Source of the DNA: Lytechinus pictus
Lineage: Eukaryota
Assembly (NCBI RefSeq): GCF_037042905.1
Contig: NC_087251.1
Location: 43,092,001 to 43,156,000, forward strand
DNA: 64,000 nt
Reading direction: 5' to 3'
The first letter of the stretch is position 1, and each line of letters begins with the position of its first letter. Made by a program: the position numbers and the translations under genes. Of the stretch, positions 37,601 through 49,600 are shown one piece after another. The notes beneath the pieces were generated by a model. That model was not told the origin of the DNA. It saw nothing but the letters and a program-made list of their open reading frames with translations, and searched no databases.

Positions 37601-40600
37601 GAATGCTAAATAAAGTGGATAGGAGACTGAATCATAGGCCAAGGTTCTGTCCACCAGTCATTGTTAGTATCTCTCAGATTTCTCTCAGGTCATGGGTCAA
37701 TACGGTATCATCCAAAATGACTGGTATCTTACTTAGTATAAATGTATGATACGTATGTGCCGCGGTTGGACCCCCATTTTCAGCCTAAATTTCTGTTCCA
37801 GAGCATCACCAAGTCAGAAAGCCATAGAAATTCTTATTTTTTTTCCCATTCCGAAAACCCTCAAATTTGTGATTTCTCATTTTAGTGCACGTCCATCGTG
37901 AACTCCCTCAGCCGGTGGGAGCGGCGAGCTCGATCAGCACATAGCCATAGCGCCAGGCCGCTGAAGCTCCAGCGCTCGTAGCTAGCATACGCTAGCCCAA
38001 TATGAATCTAGCAAGACACGAACACGTTTTTTTACATAGCCGCTACCAATTACGCCTACAATCTAATGAGCTCCGGAGACCCCCGTTTTTTATGTGGTCA
38101 GTTCCAGAGCATTGCAGTTTTAGCAATCGTCGATCTAAGAGCCGTTCCGGAGACCCCTGTTTTAAGTCAAATTATTAGTTCCAGTTCCCCTATATTTGAA
38201 TTTGGTGCGGCACATAAGTATCATGTTATAATTCAAGTACCCCCCCACCCCCCCCCCCCCCCCCCGGTATCAGTAGGTTGGTATTTCTCACTAATCCCAA
38301 CCACATCAACACCAACAAACAAAACACGTGTATGGACTAAAGAATGCTAAATGGAATAGATAGGAAACTCTAATTCATAGGTTCTGTCCACCAGTCACGA
38401 GTTATCTCTCATATCTCAGTTCATGGGTTAAGATGACTGGTATCAATAGGTTGGTATCTCTCACTAATGCCTCCCTTTCCCACAACAGTTAATTAAAAAA
38501 AAGAAAAAGGGCTGCTGGATGTAAGGAATACAATACTCATTTGCAATCTCTATCCATCAGTCATTGAGAATGTTCCTTAGATGTCACTCAGGTCATGGGT
38601 CATTGTGGTATCATCCAAGATGACTGGTATCAATAGGTTGGCGTCGCTCACTAATCCCCAACCCCCCCCCCAAAAAAAAATAGAAAAATGACTGGTATCT
38701 GCAGGTTGATACATTTCACTCAATACTCAGTGTATGTCACTGTTAAAGTTCACCCTGACGATTAAAAAGTGTTTTAATAAGAGCAAAAAGAAATATGAAG
38801 AAAAGTATTGGTGAAGGTTTGATAAATACCAATAAAAAATAGGAGAGTTATGAACATTTTAATATTTTAATTTCTGATATCATTTATGAGCGCCCTTTAT
38901 GTCATCTAATATGAATTCCATAAATTTTCCTTTTTGGAATTTATATCACACGTAACCAACATCCGTAATTCTGTTTATCTTTGATGGATTTTTTTTCAAA
39001 TCTGCACCAATATGTTTCTTTAGTTTTTCTGCTTTTATTAAAATGGACGTCATGCCAGGGTGAACTTCCCCTTTTAATAGATACTCAGATCTCACACAGA
39101 TCATGAGTCATTGTGGTAACTAAATCTAAATGACAAAATTTTACAGTCAATTAGAAATTCATAAATGGACAATTTACTCTACTTTTCGTGTTTTAACCCT
39201 AAAGAGACTTGGGGGGTGTTTCAGCCCCCCTAGACATTTTTCGCGATAAATCAGCTGCGCAAATTTTTTTTGATCGAGTTGCTCGCTGACTTTTTACTTT
39301 CAAGTCTCGCACAACGTTTGAGAATAAAATTGCAACCCCATGGTACGCAGTTCCGAAATTACGCAACATTTCTTAGAACTAAAATTGCTGAAAAGTGTTT
39401 TTAGCCAAAATTCATAAATGTTTCATTATTTTTCTTTTTACAGATTAAAATCAATTAATATCATCTTGTTCATGGTCAAAATAAAATCCCCGACAATTTC
39501 CATTGAAAAAACAATTAAAAACGAAAGTCAGAAAACAAAGAAATACATAAATTTAAAAACAATAAATTACAGAAGAAAATAAATTTGATGATGAAATTTG
39601 TTAAAAGTCTATTAGATCAGATTCCTGTAAAGAGTCTGTAAACCCAAAATTAGCATTTTAGGGGCATTATTTAGTTAATTAGAGCAAACTTTTGATTTTA
39701 TGCATAAATTAGCATAATTGATTAGCAATGAGATTTTTCGCAGAATTTAATCTTATAGATTTGTAGATTATGCCATGGGTAACTCGCGTGCCAATTTTTT
39801 GTCGCAATCGCGCAATGAATGGCCGAGATCATAAGGGGGGGCTGCCCCCCCCCCCCGGTCTTCTTAGGCGTAGAAATAGCCCAGTCTATTTAGGGTTATT
39901 AATGACAATTGTCATTGACTAATGACTAATTGCCAATTAGGCCAACTTGAAGATATTAATTTTATCATGCAGCTTATGCTTCACTTTCAGTATCGTTAAT
40001 AAGAGAAATTAATGACGAGGTCATTTGAGTGACTGCATCTCATTATTCAGTCACCAAGTTTAGGTATTAAATGTTTTTGTAAAATCTTGTGTTTGATGTA
40101 CAACTGAATTTCTAAGGAAGATGCATTCTTGACAAAATAAATATGCTAGGTTTTTAGAATCAAGAGCATGGATTTATAGATCTTTCTTTTAAAAAATTGT
40201 ATTATGCAAAATGTTCTTTGAAATAAAGAATTTTCCTAAATGAAATGTTATAAAGTAGGAATTAAGAACAAACACTTATTTTTATGATAGAAATGTGATA
40301 CCAGAAAATAAACAGTAACAAGAATGACAATAAACATAAATGAAAAAGGATATTACAGCTGAAGTTATATCATGATTATGACCCCTCTTACAAATATGCC
40401 ACAAATACAGCAAATGTACATCAGTGTGCATAGAGTATGCAAAGACCTACTGAATGCAAGAGTTAACGAAAATCAATGGCAATATGACCATAAACATAAT
40501 GTATTTTCAGTATTGGACATGAATCCAATTTAATGAGTTTCAACTTATCACGAATGAAGAAAGTTAGATAAGGCTGATATTTTAATAGGATTAAATATGC

Positions 40601-43600
40601 TTGTCAAACCGTAAAAGCTCCTGACATCTTTGGTAAATTTAGTGAGGAAGGTTTATAGAGCCTTTCTGTCTTCTTTATTTCCATCTTTCAAACTCAATAA
40701 ATATAATTTGTTTTCAATACTCATTAGAAATTTTGATGAAGGACTCTACCTCAAAGAGAGGGATATGATTTAAGTCAAGCATATTATAATGAAATATTTT
40801 AAATTCTTGCAGAAATGAAGTTTTGGGTGGGGTGGAGTGTGAGATATCTATGAAGTATCAATTTGTTATATTGGGATTCTGTTTCACCAATACATAAATA
40901 ACAAGCATTCAGTAATCACCTCTTTTGACTGCTTGGTTTCAGCTTCTACAATAGTCATGACGTAGATAATGTGTCAAGTAACTCATTTAAATTAATTGTT
41001 TATTCATGTTATCCGTTGTCTTCAATTTCAGAACAAACCTAATTTTGTGGATAACTTATTAAGAGAGTGTGGGATGTACTGGATAAAGGAGAATGCTACT
41101 GGCACTCCATAAAACATTAAAACATTGCTGTGAGAATACCAATTTTAACAATAATGATAATATTCCACTTTTATATAGCCCTTAATACATCAGAACAACT
41201 TGTCTAAGCACTTTACAGATATATTATTACCCCGGTCATCGGATTCAATCAGTCATACCCGCACACAATGTATGCACATCCTCCACTTCCTGGGGAGTAT
41301 TTCAGTCGCCGGTGAGGCGCACACTTTAATGGACAAGCTACATTGACTTTCATATCCTACCGGGTACCCATTTAGCACCTGGGTCGAGAGTGGCAAAGTG
41401 TGGATTAATCCCTTGCCAAAGGACGCCAGACCACGGTGGGATTCGAACACACGGCCCTCTGTTTGCAAGGCGAGATTCAGAACCACTACACCACGGCTCC
41501 TTTTACAGGTTCAGACATTGTCAGATACATGCCCTGCCCTTGTGTATTTAGAGAGGAATGTTATTGTTAATGGCCTTATTGGCTCTCATGCTCTTATCAA
41601 ACTGAGCCCAGAACAGCTCCTGCCCGTCCTCATCATCCGTCCACAACATGTAAGGTTTGTTCCTACTCAAGAACAACCTGACAAGGTACGGCAGGTTCTC
41701 ATCCTCGATGTCCTCAACGAAGATAAGGATGACCTTGTCTAGCTGTGTGTCATTGACATGCTCAAATGCTAAACGAAGCTTGGTCATAAACCAGGGATCA
41801 GCTATAGACTGGTTGCTTACGAGCAAGATAGTCTTGAAGCTGTTGTCAATGACATCGTTGATGGCGTCGATGTAAAACATTCCCAAGGGTAAGTCGCCGT
41901 CCCCGTAGACGACGCGCTGCAGACGTGGCAACCTCTCCTCCAGTGCAGGCTTCATAACCTGTAGGACCCACCTCTCTTCAGCCTCCTGGTACATGATGTT
42001 GAGGTGAAATTCATGTCGGTTTGCAATGAAATCCTCCTCCATTTCTTCGTAGCCGAAGATGGCTAGCTTAAGCAGGAAGAATTTGTGATTGAGCCACCAC
42101 CGTTTGTCGTATGCTGTTACCAGAGATACGATCAATGTTAAAGCCAGCAAAGACAGTCCGCTTATGAGTAAGGCATCAACGCCGCAGAAATCAGCCGGTG
42201 TGAATGATGTGATGGGCTTACCAATCATCGCTTTGAAGGATGTGTTGTAACATTTAGTTTGATCAGGTCTTATAAGGACAACGTCTTCATCTCCGAGAAA
42301 ATGGATAAACCAGCTTAATTCGCAATTGCAAGAGAACCAATTATTTGACATATCAATTCTTAACGTGTTATTTGTTGGGAAGAAAGTTTCCTTTTGTACC
42401 TCACTTATATGGTTGCCGGAAAGATAAAGATGTTTCAGATATGGAGTTGTTGCAAAGAGGCCTTTGTCAATGACTTGTAGTCGGCTGTTCCGAAAGAAGA
42501 GGGTTGTCAGATGATCTAATCCTTTGAATATCCCAGCAGAGGTGGTGATGATAACATTCTCACTGAGATACAGATTCTTTAAGGATGTCAAACCTTGAAA
42601 TACTCCCGGTTTGAGATGAGCGATTTTACATACAGACAGATCCAATGTATAGAGCTTAATAAGAGGAGTGAATATGCCAGGATCCAAGCCATTCAGGTCA
42701 TTTCCTCTTAGGTTTAGCTTTTTCAGAGAGACCAGCCCCTCAAAGAGCGATGACTGGGTTACGTTTTCCTTAAAAAGGTCATAATGGTGTAGATTATTGT
42801 AGCACATTCTTAAATCTTGCAGAGATGAAGTCTTGGTGAATTGGTCCAACGATGTCCACTCTGTTTTTGAATGTGATATATCCAGCGTATTTAGGTTTTT
42901 CATTTGACTGAAGACTCGGTCTAGATATTGATTTTGCTCCGCGATAAGGTAGAGCTCTTTGACGGATGGAATATTATTGAAAGTATCTGGTGAATAAACG
43001 CTTATTATATTGAAGGATACATCAACGACACTTATGTTGGGTAAGTTACCGCTAAAGAAACGTGGATGGAGGGTGGGGAATTGATTATTTGAAAGGTTTA
43101 GATTTCGAAGCGCCGGATTATCCCACTGTTGACGATCATCTATGCGTTTCAGAATATTATGGGATAGGTTAAGTGTGTGAAGGGCATAGAGACCTCGGAA
43201 TGAGTCAATATTCAACCTGGCGATTTCATTACGTGTGAAAATTAATTCTTGTAGTTTAGCATTACAAGAAAACATGCCAGGTATTATGGAATTGATATGG
43301 TTGTCGGATAGATCCAAGTTTATCAAAGAATCAAGACCGCAGAATGAATCTACAAACATTTTTTTTATTTTGTTCCTCTGGATCTTTAGTGTGCGAGTTT
43401 GATTAAAGCCCCGGAAGGCATACGGGGGAATATAGTGGATGATATTTCCACTCATGTCAATTGACCTTATGACTGGGAAACTGGCATTGTTGTGACTAGA
43501 GTTATCAAGTTTAACAATGTTATGTATTCTGCAGCCACACACTGACATTGAATCAATATTCATACTGCCAAGAAAAGAACTTGAGTAAAAATCATGTAAT

Positions 43601-46600
43601 GCATTCCTATCCAGAACAAGTACCCTTATGTTATTGAGATGTGAGAAAACTCTGGCTGGTAAGTTGTGCAAGTCATTGTCTTCTAAGGAAATTGATTGCA
43701 GTGAGCGGTTTTGCAGTGGTTTAAAGTCGGAAGCTTTGATTGTGGAAATCTGATTATTTGCAAAATTGATCTGAGATATTGTTCTGGAATGGGAGAATGC
43801 TGTAAAATCCGCCACACGGATGGAATTATTCCCAAGAAAGATTTTTCTGAGTAGAGGTAGTCTAGAGAGTGACGTGGTAGGGACAGATGAAAAGTTATTG
43901 CTGAAAAGCATCAGGTTTGACAATATTTGATTAGAGTTGAATAAATTGGGTTGCAGGTGGGTGAGCAAGTTGCCTGTCATGTCCAGCGAGCGCAGCTTCT
44001 TTAGAGGCAAAAATGTTCCAACTTCTAGATCAGAAATATGGTTTGCTTTCAGACTGAGTGAGTTCAGCTCCTGGAGACCTTCAAAGGAGTCATTTTGTAG
44101 AGCTCTGATTCGGTTATATGAGACATCCAGTGTGATTGTGTTCGATGGTAGCTGAGGTGGTATTGATGTCAATCCTAGATGGGAACATGTGGCTTTGATT
44201 CCTTTAGTCTTGTTCTGCAGTTTACAGCTGCTAGTGGACAGGTCTGTAGATCCAACCAAGCTTTCTGTGAGCGCAAGTTCCAGAAAAGCGCTTGCTGATG
44301 TGAAGATAAATAAAAAGATACACATGCTGCATGATGCTGCATAGAAGTGTGCCATATGAAATGGTGCCATTCTGTTCTGTGGTGTCTAAAGCTGCATTTG
44401 ATTGTTGAAAAGCAATAACACACTCAGTCAAATCAATCATTTGCCGTAGAGTCAAGAATGGCAGCAGCAAAGCACCATCTTGAGATGTAAAATGTAATAT
44501 CGCCTAAGGACCGGAACAGGGCAACGCAAAGTCCTCTTGCAGAAATGGGGCTACAGTAGGGATGGAGACACTACCTGCAACTGCAGAGAGGATCGGATGA
44601 CACGACACCTTTTGTACTGCCCCTCCTACCAGAGGAGTGCACTGCAGAAGATCTGGAGACTCTTTAACACCCAAAGCAGATCTTGTGCCCTTCAATGAAC
44701 AGGCTTGTGTAGCTACCAGAGAAGGAGGTGTAAGAAATGTCCGATGAATGAAATTCAGTTCTGCCCGGTTGATACGGTCTTGGGCAGAGATGCGCTGTCA
44801 GAACAGTCGTCAAGAAAACTAATCAAATCATGTCTTGGAATCTCAACCAGTTATTTTTGATAAACTCTCTTCCACACCTAATATAAATGACCGGAATAGA
44901 ACTGAAACTATCCACTTATGAATATATTTCTACATTTATGATCGTATGACTCTGCACAGAAGTACTAATGATTTGATCAACAAGAATTAATTGTCTTTTA
45001 AATTGGTATTGAAACTGCACATATGTCATTAGAGTGAGAGTTTATGGTGAATGACATTTATTTTTGTCATTACTAAATCTGATTCATGATCTTTTATAGC
45101 TTTACAAGTGTCGTCAATTATTAAGATATGACACTAAACTCTATACACAGCTTGAGAGTTCTCTTCTGATAGATGCATTCAATTTTATCTATATTTTGAT
45201 ACAATTGAACTCATAGATAAATATTTAATTCCCAAGTTCTAGATATTTTTATCAAAAGCAAATTGATTATAGCCACTCATTAGGGACTTGATATTTTTGT
45301 CTCGCCTGAACAAAGTTCAGTAGAGACCTCGTAATCACGTTTCCTCAGCTGTTGGTCTGTTGGAATTTTTTTTTTGTTCAACTTCCTCTCATTTCTTTAT
45401 ATCTGCATCAATTTTGATCACACTTGGTCCGAAGGATCCTTGAGTAATACCACATGTTTGTTGTTGAGGATGATGGGTCAAAAGTAATCTAGGGGACAAA
45501 AGGTCAAGTTTTTGTTCAAACTGCTCTCACTTCTTTATTTCTGCTTCAATAAGCCTGTTCACGGTTGTAAACTGCGCACGAGCAGAAAAAGGTCATTGGA
45601 GACAACCATGAAGGTGGCTTTCAAATTCACTGACATAGGCATTTGTGATTTGATGATTATTCATGTATTCCTTTCAAAATATTTATCACATCCAAGCTGA
45701 AGAGTAATAAATAGAGCCTTCATAATCACTGGTATTTGACAGTAGCCTAAACGATAGTCAAATGTGCCAAAGGCAGACAATAAAACAGATTTCCAAACTT
45801 TATCCCTGATGTACTATTCTAGTCACCTGGTTTATACAATGCCTTTTGTTCTTAGAATTTGAATACTCTACCGGTAAAGCTTACGCAACATCTACATTTG
45901 AAAATGATAGTGCTTATCCTAATGAAAAATCACAAAGGTCATTTGAGAAAAGTTGATGAGCTAACCGTGAACTGGCTTATTATGTTTACTTTTGGTACGT
46001 ATGATCCTTGGGTAATACCACAAGTGACGTCACGGCTTTAAACATGGAGGACGTGTAATTTTGGGAGCTCTCGACCCCGCTGCTTTTTTTTACTTTTTTG
46101 GAGGGACTCTTTTGTTTTGGTGAGCTCAAACATTGAATTATTTTGCTATTAGTGAATAACTGAACACATTTTTTCAGCATTCAGTACCACTTCTAATGGA
46201 AAAGTCTTATTTCTTAAGGAGTGCAACCATGTCGTCCGAGGGCCAACGCACCAAACAATCTACACCGTCAACGTCAACGGCACAAACCAGTACACCAACG
46301 CCGGAGGGCACGGGTGAACCGGAGAGTGCATTCACGCTCGCAGATGTTATGCGCTCTATACGGGAATCTGAAGTTAGAGTCTGTGCAAAATTAGATGGTT
46401 TACAACACAATTTGGATCAGATCAAGACGAAAGTGGATGACTTAGAAGCAGCAGTTGATTTTAATGCATCGAAGGTCGATATTATCGAGAAAGAGAAGCT
46501 TCCTCAGATTGAAAGCGACCTAAGGAAGGAGGTTGATCAACTTCGTACAAAGCTCATCGAATCAGAGATATACCAGAGGAAGAATAATCTCTTATTCTAC

Positions 46601-49600
46601 GGGGTCAAAATGGAGCAAGGAGAAAATGTCTATGTCGTGATTCGCCATGTTTTTACTCTACTTGGTTTGAGCAAAGAGGAAGCGGAGGCCGTTTGCCTTA
46701 TCAATGTGCATAGGCTACCCCAACGCCACTCACAAGAAGGTGTCCCCCATCCTATCATAGCCAAGTTTGTCTATATGTCACAACGTAATCGAGTCTTAGC
46801 TGCGTTCGAAGAGCGAGCTTACAAGAAGAGAGTCGCCACAGATGCTTCGACTGGAAACACCACAGGAGTCGAATGGAGATACCCACCTGTTACACAAGAA
46901 ACATCTAGGCTTACAGTGAGAACAGACTTGCCTCCAGCACTGAAGGCAACACGCAGTGAGTTGGCCAAAGTTGCATACAAGTTGAGAAAAGAAAAGAAGC
47001 TGTCTACTAAAATAACGGTTGTTAGAGCGAAAGTGGTCCTCTTCTACAGAGAAAAAGGAACCCAGAAATGGGAAATACATAAAGAATAGCGGTCTTGCAT
47101 TCTCGATCTTCATTTCGTTTACAATTACAGAGAACAAAATTCAAGTTCATTTATTTTATTGAACACAAAGTGCTATTGACATTGGAAATGAACACACAAC
47201 TTTTGATCAGTTGTTTTGATACTGATATTTATTTGCCCTATATACTGCATTGAATAGAATTTTTTATTTTTTTTTCTGCCACATTGACCATTGTGGTTTC
47301 TCCCTCCAGTAATATTCGTGAATTTTGTAAACATGTTAAAGGGTGGGTTTGTTAGCTCCTTTAAGGTTTCATGTCTTTGACATGTTCCTCATGTCTAGCA
47401 TTCGATCAGTCAGACGTGTCTTAATTTTTTCACATTTATTAATGTATTTGTTCGTGTACAAGTGTTACACATTTAAATTTTCTTTGTATATTGTTTCTAT
47501 GTACATAGTTTGCCTTTGCCAAAGATGTTCTTTTTATAGTTCTCTTGCGTCAGCTGAAAGCAAAACAAATTCCAAGTGTTGGAAAAAAACTACTGTTAGG
47601 GCAGTTGCTCAATGTACAATTTTGAAATTTACATTAGTCTTTATAGTAACGGTACTTAGGAATGGTGTTTGCAACAGTGGAAAGTTATATTTAGGCTTCT
47701 ATATGTTACAGGTGCAAGCCAAAGCAATACATCTGACACCTGTCATAAGTACATGTACATGTGGGATGCACGGTTACATGTATGTGTTTGTGGATTGGTA
47801 CATGTATATCAAAGTTACAGATATGATACCTTGCTATGGGTTTTAAAGAAACGAGCATGAAGTTTTGTCTTTGAATGTGAGAGGTCTAAGATCAGGGTTT
47901 CGGAGGCAAAAGGTATTTGGTTGGTTACGAGAAAAAGAAATCGACATTGCTCTCCTACAAGAAACATATAGTTCAGAAGACGTAGAAAGTAGTTGGTCTT
48001 CGGAATGGGGCAGTGATGTACTCTTTTGTCACGGATCTCCTCATAGTAGTGGGGTCATGATACTTATCAATTCAAAACTAGATTATAAAATCATTTCTAA
48101 ACATGTTTCAGGTAATGGTAGATATTTGGTTTTAAGAATTATTATAGACGGCAATGAATTTATAATTTGTAACGTTTATGCACCAACAGCTGATAAGAAG
48201 CGTGAACAAAAAATATTTTTTGACCATTTATTATGTACCTTAAATTCTTTTGATGATATTGGGACTACTCCTCTATTAATTGGGGGCGATTTTAATGTGA
48301 TTTTAAACATGAATGTTGACAGACAAGGTGGTCATCCAACAACCTCGCAGGCAGTAATCAGTCAACTTAAAAAATTACAGAGTGATTTAGATGTCATTGA
48401 TATATGGCGTGTACGTAACCCCATCACGCGTAAATATACTTGGAAACAATTGCGGCCTTTAATCCAAAGTAGATTAGATATTTGGTTTGTCTCCGAGACC
48501 CTGCAGGATTATATCAGCAAGGTAGATATGATACCCGGAGTGGGTTCTGATCATTTGGCTATTATTTTAGAATTTAAAGTACAAGAAGAAACAAGATGTA
48601 ATGCTATGAATTGGAAATTTAATAACACCCTATGCGAGGATGAAGTGTTTTGTTCTGAAATGACGAAAAATTTAGATCTGTGGATTAAAGATATTTCACA
48701 ATTTGATGATATGAGAATAGGTTGGGAATTTCTCAAGTATAATATTCGCCTATTTTCACGTAAATACAGTATTGAAAAGGCACGGAAAAGGAAAGAAAGG
48801 CGAAGAGAACTGGAAAACAGGCTAAAAAGGTTGCAATTTCTGTTGGATTCCGAGGGTGAAAGGCATGCTGAGGAATATAAAAAGATTGAAAGAGAATATG
48901 AGTCTTATTTAGATTATATAACACAAGGCATCATATTAAGGTCTAAAGCAAATTGGATGGAATTTGGGGAGAAAAATACTAAATTTTTTCTTAATTTAGA
49001 AAAAGGCCACAAAAATAAATCGTCAATTTTTAAACTTAAGCAAGGCGATTGTATACTTACAGATATGAAAAATATTAATTCAGAAATAAAATCATTCTAT
49101 ACACAATTATATAAAAAGCCTAATGTCGACTCGAGGCAAAACTCCTTATTCTTAGGACAAGAAAATATTCCAAAGTTATCCTCGGGCTCCAAGAGTAAAT
49201 GTGACTTGCCGTTAACGTTAGAGGAATGTACATCATCCCTATTACTTATGTCAAAAAATAAGTCACCGGGAAACGACGGTCTAACGGTTGAGTTCTATCG
49301 CAAGTTCTGGGGTAAAATTGGACAGCTTTTGGTAGATAATCTTAACTACAGTTTTCAACAAGGTCAACTTTCTAGTTCACAAAGACAAGGTTTAATTACA
49401 CTCATATCAAAGAAAGGGAAAGACAAAATGTTAATCGAAAATTACCGACCCATCACTCTAGTGAATGTTGATTTGAAAATTGGTTCTAAAGCTCTTGCAG
49501 AAAGATTAAAGAAAGTTCTGCCTGATTTGATTCACCCCGATCAGGTAGCATTTATAAAGGACAGATTTATTGGAGAAGCTGTCAGGACAGTTAAAGATGC

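Noticed and set aside
44504..44760. GC-richer stretch and short ORF upstream of the TLR
   Set aside because: No recognisable domain or clear splice sites; may be TLR 5'UTR or a repeat fragment, which cannot be resolved from sequence alone.
47343..47846. 167-aa ORF in the LINE spacer, in frame with ORF2
   Set aside because: GTG start, composition typical of T-rich non-coding DNA, no recognisable domain; the out-of-frame ATG gives a better ORF2 start.
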